Shown here in pieces: positions 24,350 through 36,240 of a stretch of DNA of 64,000 nucleotides. This DNA comes from Eledone cirrhosa (taxonomy: Eukaryota). The stretch's first letter is position 1, and each line of letters begins with the position of its first letter. Both the position numbers and the translations under genes were made by a program. The stretch covers positions 291,152,001 to 291,216,000 of the forward strand of contig OZ024743.1 of the NCBI GenBank assembly GCA_964016885.1, in the 5' to 3' direction. Below the pieces are notes generated by a model. It made no database searches. It was not told where the DNA came from and saw only the letters and a program-made list of their open reading frames with translations.

Positions 24350-24569
24350 TCCTGTGTCAGTGTTGATCAAAAAGGGCGACGATGGTTGCCGAGCACGGTA
24401 CGGCGTAATTCGGGCTATTTGTTTACACACAAACCGAACCTTATAATAAATCTCCGGTAAATCCATACGTACATACATATATGTATGCATGTTTGTATAT
24501 ATATATACATACTACTGTACGTCTGTATACATATATGTATGTACGCATACCTACTTATATATATATATA

Positions 24570-24782
24570 CGTAGGTCCCGGGTTGAGTCGGGGATAACCA
24601 CAGTAAGTAAGGTACTCAATACATGGCAGAGTAAATTTTTTTTATTTTATAGAAGGAGCTTCTACAGGACTAGTACTGTTTCATTCAGATGAAATCTTCA
24701 GGAAGCCCTGGGCTTCCTGAAGATTTCATCTGAATGAAATACTACTAGTCCTGTAGAAGCTCCTTCTATAAAATAAAAAAAA
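24570..24782. mobile_element. Solo PLE pLTR terminus folded back on itself: 73-bp arms around 24709, with back-to-back hammerheads
   Basis: 24572-24706 matches 43347-43481. Minus-strand HHR at 24658-24706 is intact. The plus copy has an altered stem III. Confidence 0.85.
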
Positions 24783-24806
24783 ATAAAAAAAATAAAAAAA
24801 ATAAAA

Positions 24807-24905
<99 letters not shown>

Positions 24906-24933
24906 GTATGTACGTATGTATGTATATATATAT

Positions 24934-25735
24934 AATGCCAATCGTCGTACGTTTGAATCTAACTGACATACAAAAAACATATATGAATAAGGTTAGCCCA
25001 AATAATAGTTGATTCAAATATCACAGAGAGAAAGAGAGAGAGAGATTGGGTGGTGAGAGAGTCAGATACAGAGAGAGAAAGAGAGACAGGAGTGGGAGAA
25101 ATACGGTGGAATAGAAAGGAAGCATCGATTACAGGTTAAAATATAGTCTCGATAGATGCGAAACAAATCGAGGATGAAGTTTATGGATCATCCAAATGAT
25201 TTAGAAGTCGGCCTGAAGTATGAGCAATAATATTAAGAAAACCATGAACGACGCCACGGCATTTTTTATTGAAATTTTGAAAGTAGGTTTATGATCATGA
25301 ATTTTCAGTAAATTTCTGAAGCTGTCTTAGTGGCCTAGTGGTAGTGATTTAAAGACGGTGTTGAACCTGGTCTCGTTTTCAATTATATGTTATCTTTTTC
25401 AGTTTTTATATTACATGCCATAAAAGAAACTGAACTGGTTTACCGGCAACTCTGCTCCTGACCAGGATCAATATCAGCCCAGGATCACCACCGTCTATGA
25501 TTCTTCCAGCTAAGCCGCTAAGACGGCTAGAAATACATGATGAAAATTAATATTTATTAATATACTTTCAAAATCAAAGTTAAAAAAATAAAGTGTCGTT
25601 CATTGCTTTCCTAGAGCTATTATTCATATTTAGGGTGGTCTTGTCAATCTTTTGGCTCTCTGGTAACAAGCTTATTATTCCTATCTGTGTTTAACTGCTG
25701 AATTAATTTAATTTAATTATTTTAACAAACAAATA
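24934..25735. repeat. ~780-bp dispersed element with internal diverged inverted repeat, copy 1
   Basis: Collinear with 26104-26862 and 31250-31846. Embedded in (TA)n. Confidence 0.8.
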
Positions 25736-25769
25736 ATATAATATATATATATTATTTTTTTTTAAATAC

Positions 25770-25823
<54 letters not shown>

Positions 25824-25824
25824 T

Positions 25825-25825
<1 letters not shown>

Positions 25826-25862
<37 letters not shown>

Positions 25863-26092
25863 CATCATCAACATCGTTCAACATCCATCTTCCACGCTAG
25901 CAAAGGTTAGACGGTTTTGTTGCATTTGATGCAGGAATGGTCGGGAGACCATGTATCGCTCGCACGGAAGCGTCTCTGGCAGGTTTTTTTATAGCTGGAT
26001 GCCCTTCCTAACACCTACCACATTTTCAGTGTGACTTGGAGCCTTTTCACCGAGCCTCCTACACGCCCTCCTTACAGTGTGGACTGTTGTGT
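25826..26092 (-). mobile_element. SINE 3' part with V-domain-like core and (GAT)n tail
   Basis: Minus strand reads GGTAGGTGTTAGGAAGGGCATCCAGCTATAAAA..CCGTCTAACC..GCTAGCGTGGAA..(GAT)n. V-SINE assignment is from memory of the consensus. Confidence 0.6.
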
Positions 26093-26103
26093 CATATATA
26101 TAT

Positions 26104-26862
26104 AATGCTAATCATTGTATGTTTGAATCTTACTGACATGCAAAAACATATATATATATGAATAAGATTAGCCCAAATCATAGTAGATTCAAATAGCACA
26201 GAGAGAAAGAGAGAGAGGGGATATGGTGCGATAGAAATGAAACATGGCTTACATATTAAAATATAGTCTAGATAGATAATAAACAAAACAAGGATGTAGT
26301 TTATGGAACATCGAAATGATTTTGAAGTCGACCTAAAGTAGGAACGATAACATTAAGAAAGACATAAACGACGGCATATCATTCTGTATTGGAAGTTTGA
26401 AAGTAGGTTTATAGAGTATGAATTTTCAGTAGTTTTCCTTAACTGTCTCAGTGGCCTAGATGAATTTCTAGTAATGGTGGTGATCCTGGACTTGGGTTCA
26501 ATCCTGGTTAAGAGGTATAAATAATATTTATCAGTTTTTATTTTACATCCCATAAAAAAATGAAAAGGTTTAACGGGAACCCTAATCCCGGCTATAATCG
26601 GTCTTCAGCCGAGGATCACCACCGTGATTCCTCCAACTAGGCCGCTGAGACAGCTACAAAAATATAAAGAAAATTTATAATTATAAACCTACTTTCAAAA
26701 TCAAACTTAAAAAGATTTATTGTCGTTAATTCCTTTCCTAGAGCTATTAGTCATATTTAGGATGGACTTATCAATCTTCTGTATCTTTGGTAACGAGCTT
26801 ATTATTACTATCTGTGTTTAACTGTTGAATTAATTTAATTTAATTATCTTAACAAACAAATT
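26104..26862. repeat. ~780-bp fold-back element, copy 2
   Basis: Internal arms ~26315-26489 and ~26610-26780 (e.g. TTTGAAAGTAGGTTTATA / TATAAACCTACTTTCAAA). Confidence 0.8.
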
Positions 26863-26869
26863 ATATATT

Positions 26870-26900
<31 letters not shown>

Positions 26901-26988
26901 ATACATAACCACGTATATATGTATATATATATAATATATATATGTACGTGGATATATATATATATAAATATATATGTATGTATATATA

Positions 26989-27036
<48 letters not shown>

Positions 27037-27470
27037 TATACATATATATATATATATATACATACATACATATATATTTATATATACATATATATATATA
27101 TATATATACGTGGAAAAAGAAATATATATATATATATATTGCGGGTCATGTAAGGAACGCTTTTTAGTTTATTATGCACTTGAGAAGCCCTTTCGGGCGA
27201 AACGTATTAGGTGCTATTTTAAATAAATATGTTTTAACGGTTTGTTCTCCTTTATATATTTCTACACGTGTATCCACTCTGCTGATTTTCTCGCCCACTA
27301 GATATTAACACTTCTAATATTTAATACTCCAGGCACAAGCATTGAGCACCCTCTGCATATGCTATTGGCAAATAACTACATGTATCGCCTATTTCTTCTT
27401 CTCCCTCTCCCTCTCGATTCTTAATTACTTTCTCTCTCTCTTTCTCTCTCTAAATCTCTCTCTCTCTCTC

Positions 27471-28310
<840 letters not shown>

Positions 28311-29311
28311 AGAAGATGATATGTAAGGGAGACAGAAAAAAAGAAAGGAGAAAGATAGAAGATGAAAGAAAGAACGATTATATATATATATAGTGAAAAT
28401 AGAGTGCATGAAGAAATAAGTTTCGAAAGATAAATATACACAGCGTATGTATATCTAAGTGAACGAAGAAATGAGATTAACGTGGAAGAATAATATTTAT
28501 AATGCATGGTTCATTACGTTTTGATTATAATACATATAATGATAGGTTGAAAAATTAGATTAAAATTAAATTAAAATAAAAAAAATAGAAATCAGAATTA
28601 AAGATTAAAATTTACCTTAATATTAAAAAGTTAATTTAATAATTTAATATTAATAATTATTTTAAATGTGTATGTGGATTATAAATTATTTAAATAAATA
28701 TATATTATTTTACATTAGAGAAAATCTAGTATAGTTTATTTTATTAAAAGTTGTAAGTCAACATTTAAACTTCCAAATAATTCTAAATTTATGAAAAATT
28801 TACGAGAATTTACAAAGGAATAACCATTTAATTATATTATAAAAACAGTCAGGAAGTGCAAAGGAAGTTAGAAGTTATTCTTTAAGAACTCAGATGACTC
28901 TAAGGATTAAATGTTATTAATTTAAATGTGAGACATTTTTTTTATATTAAGAATATAATTAAAACATGAACCATATGTTATTTTATACGAAGTCATAATT
29001 TTACTTGCTATAAAGTTAAAAAATAAAAAAAAATTATCTTAAGACTATATTTAAAGCATAAACCATAGGTTATTCCACATATATATAATAAAAACCTATA
29101 TGTAAATATCATATGTTTTTACACATATATATAAACATTTGGATATATATATTAAAAACGTTTGAAGATATAAAAATATAAAAATATTGGAAGGTATGAA
29201 AATAATGGTTTTTCTATATCTTTCAAAGGAATTTTCAAAAGATTTTTCTTAAAACCTTCCGTAAATTTTTCAAAAAAAATGTTTTAATCCTAACAAATTA
29301 AATATAACCTC

Positions 29312-29345
<34 letters not shown>

Positions 29346-29715
29346 TGGTTAACGCTCTGGTCAATTCTGTCCAAGGAAATATCATGTGAGAGTTCTTTCA
29401 AGGCATATGTGCATATGACATTTGCTGCAGGAAAATAAGGGGTTTTACTTTGCTTTTTAGTTCTGCTTATTTATCCGGTAGAATGTTAGTTTATAATTTT
29501 ATTTACGTTTAGCAGTATGGATTTCAGTGTGTGTAATCAGTCCCATGGTAGAGATTAACTAATTATTTTCCTAATCACTGCGTTTCATACTGTAATTCAC
29601 CCTGCGTCCTGCAGGACAGTGCTGTCATTCAATGTGTGGATGATATATCTGTAATATTGATCCCTCTTTCAAAACTTCCTACTATAATTTAAACATCTCC
29701 CTAGTATTAGCTATT

Positions 29716-29867
<152 letters not shown>

Positions 29868-30369
29868 TATATAATTTATTTTTTTATTTGCTTCAATCGG
29901 GATTTTGACTTGTAAATTTGTATTTATTTATAATTTTCAATCAAAATTTCCACTGTGAAACCATAACCTCTAGAATTAATTTATATTCTCTCAGCGGCCG
30001 ATGGCAAATTCTATTGTCCAAGCGGCATGTAGGGGCAGTATTAAGGCTCATTAGGAGTTATACCTTGCCACTACCACTTGGTCTTGGTCAACCGCAACTA
30101 CCAAGACGGGTAGCAGCAAACTATAGCCGTCTCATATTACAGACCTAGATGGGGATGAGTGCTTCGTTAGTATAAGACGGGACCTGCCTAGGCGAATTTC
30201 GTATGGTTTTGGGGTGGTGGATGGTCAACTTCCTCCTGCCTGAGCAAACCGGTGGGGGAATTGGGACTCACAATGGAGCGGACGAAGGACGCAAGAGCAC
30301 CTGATTTGTCCATTCCCTAGTCGATTCAATTTGGATTACCTCGGGAACATAATCTTATTATGTAAGAAG

Positions 30370-30443
30370 CTGTCTGATGATGCCACGGCACTGGGTATAC
30401 CGAAGAAGGTTACCACTGTCGTCATTGAAATATCTATCCCAGG
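30370..30443 (+). ncRNA. Degenerate hammerhead with long stem II
   Basis: GCTGT-CTGATGA..ACGGCA..TGTCGTCATT-GAAATATCTATC/CCAGG. Stem I has only 3 of 5 pairs. Flanks resemble the 54698 family. Confidence 0.5.
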
Positions 30444-31049
30444 ATTATCATTAAAGGACTTAAATAACATTTGAAACTACTTTGCATTTTCTTATTCTAA
30501 ATATACTCCGTCACATCTATGTGGAAAAAGTACGTTGAGTGCTCGAATCGAATTGCAACCAAGTTCAGTCTGTTTCATTTTTACTGCTATCTCCTTCTCT
30601 CCCCCTCTATCTCCCACCTTCATTTCACCCCCTCTGCCAGTAACTCTCTCTCTCAGCTGGCCTCTTCCTCACACTTCACTCACTCACTCTCCGCTACTCC
30701 CCTCTCTCACTTCCTCCCGTCAGACCCGTATGAAATCCTTTTCTCGCTCACATCTCACACGGCTCGGACGCGTCTGTGTCTCTCCCCGCCCATGATTCAT
30801 CAAACTTAGGTTCATAGATATCACGGAATTGTTTCCCCTCTTCCTCTCTTTCCGTTGCATTACCATCTCTGTTTGTTTACATGTCTCGCTCGCTTCACCC
30901 TATTCTACGTGTCGCAATAACCTTTTTTAGTTATTGCTCCCACCAGCCAGAGGTATATGATCTTTAATGCGAAGAAATACCAACGACGGCTGGAAGATCA
31001 CTGGTGACGGACGTCTTCTCGCTCTAATTTATTCATATATATATTTTTT

Positions 31050-31995
31050 TTTAAAAACCTGTAAGCCATGTTTCATTTCTGTCGCATCACATTTCTCCCA
31101 TTCCCCCTCTCTCTTTTTCTCTCACTTACTCTTGTTATTTCTCCCCCACCCCCTCTCTAGCTCTCTCTCTATCTCTTATCGCCCTCTCTCTCTGTGTATA
31201 TATGTATAAATATATATATATATATATATATTTATACAGAGAGAGAGAGGATGCTAATCACTGTAGTTTTGAATCTAAATGACACGCAAGAAACATATAT
31301 ATATATAGATAAGTTTAGCCCTAATCATAGTAGATTCAAATATATCCCAGGGAGAAAGAGAGGGTGTGAGAAAGAGAGAGCTAGAAATGGGGTGGTGAGA
31401 AAGAGCTAGAGAAAGTGAGAGAGAGAGAAAGAGAGATGGGGAATGGGAGAAATGCGATGCGACAGAAATGAAACATGGCTTACAGGTTAAAATATAGTCT
31501 AGATAGATAATAAACAAAACGAGGATCTAGTTTATGGAACATCCAAATTATTTAGAAGTCGACCTAAAGTAGGAGCAATGACATTAAGAAAGACATGAAC
31601 GACGCCATATCATTTTGTATTGAAATTTTGAAAGTAGGTTTATAAGTATGTATTTTCAGTAAATTTTCGTAGCTGTCTCAGTGGCTTAGAGGTATTTACT
31701 AGAGACGGCGGAGATCCTGGTCTTGGGTTCAATGCTGGTCAAGAGGTATAAGTAATCTTTATCAGTTTTTATTTTACATCCAATAAAAATAAAGTGAAAA
31801 GGTTTAACGGGAACCCTGCTCCCGGCCAGAATCGGACTTCAGCCCGATATATATATATATATACATATATATATACATATATATATATAGAGAGAGAATG
31901 CTAATCATTGTAGTTTTGAATGTAACTGACACGGAGAAAACCTATATATATGAATACGTTTAGCCCAAATCATAGTAGATTTATATCACAGAGAA
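31050..31995. repeat. Fold-back element copy 3 (31250-31846, truncated) with an inverted piece (31050-31195) and a restart (31897-31995)
   Basis: Homologous to 26104-26610. 31050-31195 is the reverse complement of ~31345-31492. Confidence 0.75.
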
Positions 31996-32069
31996 TAAAA
32001 CACACGTAGTTGTTAGTTTTCACTTCAACTTCTTATAAGTTTCTGGTTTCACTAACTGCCACACTGGAA

Positions 32070-32660
32070 ACGCATATATAGCATAAGATGTACTGAAGGA
32101 TTGTGTAGGAATAAGAATATATCATATAAAGGCGAAACAGCACCTTACGTTGGAGAAATGTTAAGTGAACACTGGCGAGAACACCAGGACGGGAAAAACT
32201 CATCAGTACTCTACCAACATACTAAAATAGAACATAAAGGCACATTAGAGTACATTGAGATAAAAATGTTATCCATACACATGAGAAAATGCAATGTTCA
32301 GACAAATCATACAGGCGACAAATACGAACGAACTCAAAACCAAAATCATACAAACAGTATGAGTAAAATAGCAACATTACAATTAGAAATTAAGGAGATA
32401 CAGACACACACAAAAACCAAACTAACAAAACAAATCAGACACACACAGATAGAAGAAACAACCAGTGACATGTAAATAAATACATAAATAAATAAGCACA
32501 CACACACTCGGATGTAATGCATGCGCAAACTAAGCACACAAGACACATCGCACAAAAACAATGTGGTGTAGGACAGAACAAAGGAGAAACACAATAAAAA
32601 TATATTCACTGAAGAGGTCACAGAATGTGTGACGAACGATCTTTGATAAAAGACTGGTGC
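32070..32660 (+). mobile_element. PLE GIY-YIG remnant followed by a degenerate HHR (~32605-32645)
   Basis: C..LCRNKNISYKGETA..EMLSEH..SSVLYQH..EH, then CTGAAGA-GGTCACA gaatg TGTGAC-GAACGATC. Confidence 0.62.
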
Positions 32661-32808
32661 GTATGTTTTTATTGGCTGCATGACTTTCCCAAAGTATAAC
32701 AATATATATATATATATGTAACGAATGAAGTGTGGTAATGAACAAGATGGACCATAACGCACCAGAGTACTCAATACTTAGGGTAGTAGAATGGAACATA
32801 GGAATAAT

Positions 32809-32903
32809 TTAACCCAGACGGCAGAGCTCAAGCCGTTTCTACGGGGCTGTTTCTGTCCAGAAATAGCCGTCGAAACGGCTTGAGCTCTGCTGTCGGGGTT
32901 AAA
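32809..32903. repeat. ~95-nt GC-rich hairpin/palindrome
   Basis: TTTAACCCaGACGGCAGAGCTCAAGCCGTTTC...GAAACGGCTTGAGCTCTGCTGTCgGGGTTAAA. Confidence 0.85.
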
Positions 32904-32962
32904 CTTTTTTCCTATATAAATATATATATGTATATATATATAAATATATATATATATAAATA

Positions 32963-33440
32963 TAGTCTGAGTTTTTCGAATATTAATAACATTCGATTCG
33001 TTTGCAATTTTGCAAACAAGCCTCAATTTTATAGCCATGTCAGGAGAATGAACCCTTCATTCTTGCTCATATGTTGGCATGCGAACAGAACTGCAAATGT
33101 GGCTGATCAGTGAATTTGTTAATATGCAGATCTGACTGATCAGCCAGTTTGCTAATATGCAAATCAGGCCGATCAGTCACTGTATATTTTTGAAAATAGC
33201 ATATATATTTCACTACCTCTGACAGTTTGGCATGTGAACAGTGAGCTGTACTGATGAAGGGTAATACCCAGGATCATTAGTGTCTGCAGTTCTGTTCGCA
33301 TGCCAACTTAAGAGCAAGAATGAAGTGTTCATTCTACAGACATGGCTATAAAATTGAGGATTGTTTGCAAATTTGCAAACGAATCAAACCTTATTATTAA
33401 TATTCGAAAAACTCAGATTACATTTATTGTTTTCAGCCAT
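32963..33440 (+). mobile_element. Second, diverged octamer-hammerhead unit with an inverted 3' segment on its 5' side
   Basis: Octamer at 33157. CTGTA-CTGATGA-aGGGT aat ACCCa-GGAT-CATTAGTG-TC/TGCAG at 33246-33289 (GAAA mutated). 32966-33095 is the reverse complement of 33285-33418. Confidence 0.62.
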
Positions 33441-33455
33441 GTAGAGCGAAATATT

Positions 33456-33532
<77 letters not shown>

Positions 33533-34214
33533 ATAAATATATATAGATATATACCGAAGGAAGTTTGGTGAGGAACAAGGTGGTCCATAACGCACCAGAG
33601 TATTCAATACTTATGGTAGTAGAGTGGGTAATAGGAACATTTGCAAGACCCCGACGGCAGAGAAATCTGACGTCGGGATCTTGAACATTTCCCTATATAT
33701 ATATATGTGTGTGTATGTGCGTGTGTGTGTACTTAGTTGCATGTACACCTAATTTTAATTTATGCGTCACAATGAAAATTAACGACAACCTAAATTCGCA
33801 CTTTTACTTGACACATAAATATCCCGTTACGAAAGTTTATATTGCTCTAACGTCTATTCCTTCCGAATTTACCTTCAACAAAATCCTATTGTGAAGTATT
33901 GCTTCGGTAATTATTATTTATATTACCGACAATATTGTTTCATTCACTTGGTAGGTTTGACTAAAATGCAATAGGTATTAAATTTCAGCAAGCATATGTG
34001 AATATAACGTTTGAGAATATCTATGCATTTATTATAGAATGCTACAGAATGTTATTGCAGTACTAAATAACACGCCTGGACGATAATAATTTTATGACTT
34101 AATATAAAACAGGGGGAATTGAAAACTTCAAAATTGACATTATTTCCAAGACCACGCGCATCAACTTATCTTTTTAATTGCCACTGCCTAATGACATATA
34201 GAGACATGTAGATT

Positions 34215-34277
<63 letters not shown>

Positions 34278-34302
34278 ATATATATATATATATATATATA
34301 TA

Positions 34303-34414
34303 CGAGGTGTTTCAGAAAAGTTCCAGGACTGATGTCACAAAAGATTTATTTTAAACACAAACTTCACACTAAGAGTTTTCCCCTTCAAAGTAATCACCCT
34401 GGAGTATGTAACTG
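34303..34414 (+). mobile_element. Tc1/mariner terminal fragment in (TA)n
   Basis: TA|CGAGGTGTTTCAGAAAAGTTCC resembles mariner TIRs. No partner TIR was found. Confidence 0.5.
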
Positions 34415-34437
34415 TATATATATATATATATATATAC

Positions 34438-34535
<98 letters not shown>

Positions 34536-36064
34536 GGGGGGGGGGGAAAGAGGGGGGGAGAAGGATTTAGTGCAATTAATTACGTTTATCACAGATATAG
34601 TTAAATACAAATAATACAATTATGTGTTCTTCTTTTCAGTTACAATTACGGTAACGCTGGTTTTATTGTGACACCCAATTATCCAGAGTTTTATCAGCTG
34701 CATTCGCTGTTGGCTTAAAAATATGAATCCACGCTTATCGGTATAGTTTTTATTATTTAAGCATTTTGGGCGAATAATTTTAATGAGATTAACTCCTATG
34801 AAACTGAAACCCCACAATGGGAAGATTACATAAACGATTGCTCACATAATTCTAATTTACTGTATATTGCCAACACGCTATAAGAAACCAATGAGAGATA
34901 TCATTCATAATGTTCCCAAATACCATTTCCGAGGCCATTCTAAGGACAACATTAATTATAATGACTGTCACCTGACTTAACTTGCCTGCGTACTGAATGT
35001 GCCAATATTTCTATCCCATCACCGTATATTATCTCTAGATGCTGATATATACGCTTGCCTCTCAATAATCGTAGATCTTTAAGCAGAGTGTTCCAAAATA
35101 TAATTTGCAGAACCATAGCAAGATATTCCCAAACATTGCTGAAATTATACATATATACTACGGACAATCCTCACGTGTCAAGTTCAATATAACGTTTAAT
35201 GACACAATTTCATTTGAAGATTGAATTTAATCGAATAAAGAGATAATTACTTTTTACAAATTGTATTAAAATAGAAATTATCTTGCTGGAGAAAAGAATC
35301 CTTTTACACAAACTTGATTTTTGGAACGTTCTTTGGGAACCAGTGATCTAGCACTTTATGCTGCACATCAAAACGCGAAGGATTTACGTCCTTATATAAT
35401 GAGTTCTAATTTAGGTAAAAAGCCAACAATTGACTGGGGAGGGAAATGTCGATTGAGTCAACACCAGTGGCACTTTATACTATCGACACCGTAAGCATGA
35501 CTCTCGGTTGGATTTGAAATCTGAATTTCAATTGGGGAAACTATATGCCGCAAATCATGTTGTCCGACGCTCTACCGATACTGCCAATCCATTTCTCTTA
35601 TATACTATATGATTTTCAATGTTTAGAATTACATCATTACTAAACTATGATTATATTGTCATCCAATATCCCGAACAAAATTATATGAGCTATGGATTGG
35701 CAGAATGTTTAGAGCATTAAGCAATAATCTACGGCGTAGAATTTAACTTCTAAATGCAAATAAGTCTGAGGTCGACTTTACGTTTTTAATTTCTAAGCGA
35801 GATAAATTAATGTACTAATGGTGAGGCCGATTTAATCCTACATTCTTTCCCTTAGTCTATGATGGCTTAGTGTCGTGATCTTGTTAGGTTTTCAAACTGA
35901 ATCTATTACTCTATTATCCAATAATTTATTCTATATGTAAAGTCGGATTTCGTGGCTTGAAATAGTATTGTTGTTGAAACATGATTTGTTCTAAACCTCT
36001 TATTGGTTGTTGCGAATCATAGAAAGCATATGTGTATTTATTATTTCATGAGATCAATGAAGTG

Positions 36065-36240
36065 GGCGGATTGGCAGTATCGGTAGAGGGTCGGACACCA
36101 TGCTTTCCAGCATAGTTACGATCTGAGTTCAAATACCACCGAAGTTGACTTTGCCTTTCATCCTTACGGGGTCGATAAAATAAAGTACCAGTAATGCACT
36201 GGATAATTGCTGGCCTTGTGCCTAAAGTAGAAACAATTAT
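36065..36240 (+). mobile_element. tRNA-derived SINE
   Basis: A-box TGGCAGTATCGG, B-box GAGTTCAAATAC, core GCCTTTCATCCTTACGGGGTCGATAAAATAAAGTACCAG (Meta-domain-like, from memory). Decayed relatives at ~35410-35590 (-), ~35695-35835 (+) and ~36797-36965 (+). Confidence 0.85.

Larger units (their letters stand above)
23426..24557 (+). mobile_element. Head-to-tail array of non-coding 434-bp hammerhead-bearing units (retrozyme-like): one deleted unit and two full units
   Basis: Unit starts TTAT(G/A)TTTAGGTATCAGCCGTACTAAGAG at 23426, 23689 and 24123. HHR at 23873 and 24307. No ORF. Confidence 0.75.

Noticed and set aside
36065-36140. tRNA gene
   Set aside because: A and B boxes are present but no cloverleaf forms. 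It continues into a SINE body with several copies in the window.
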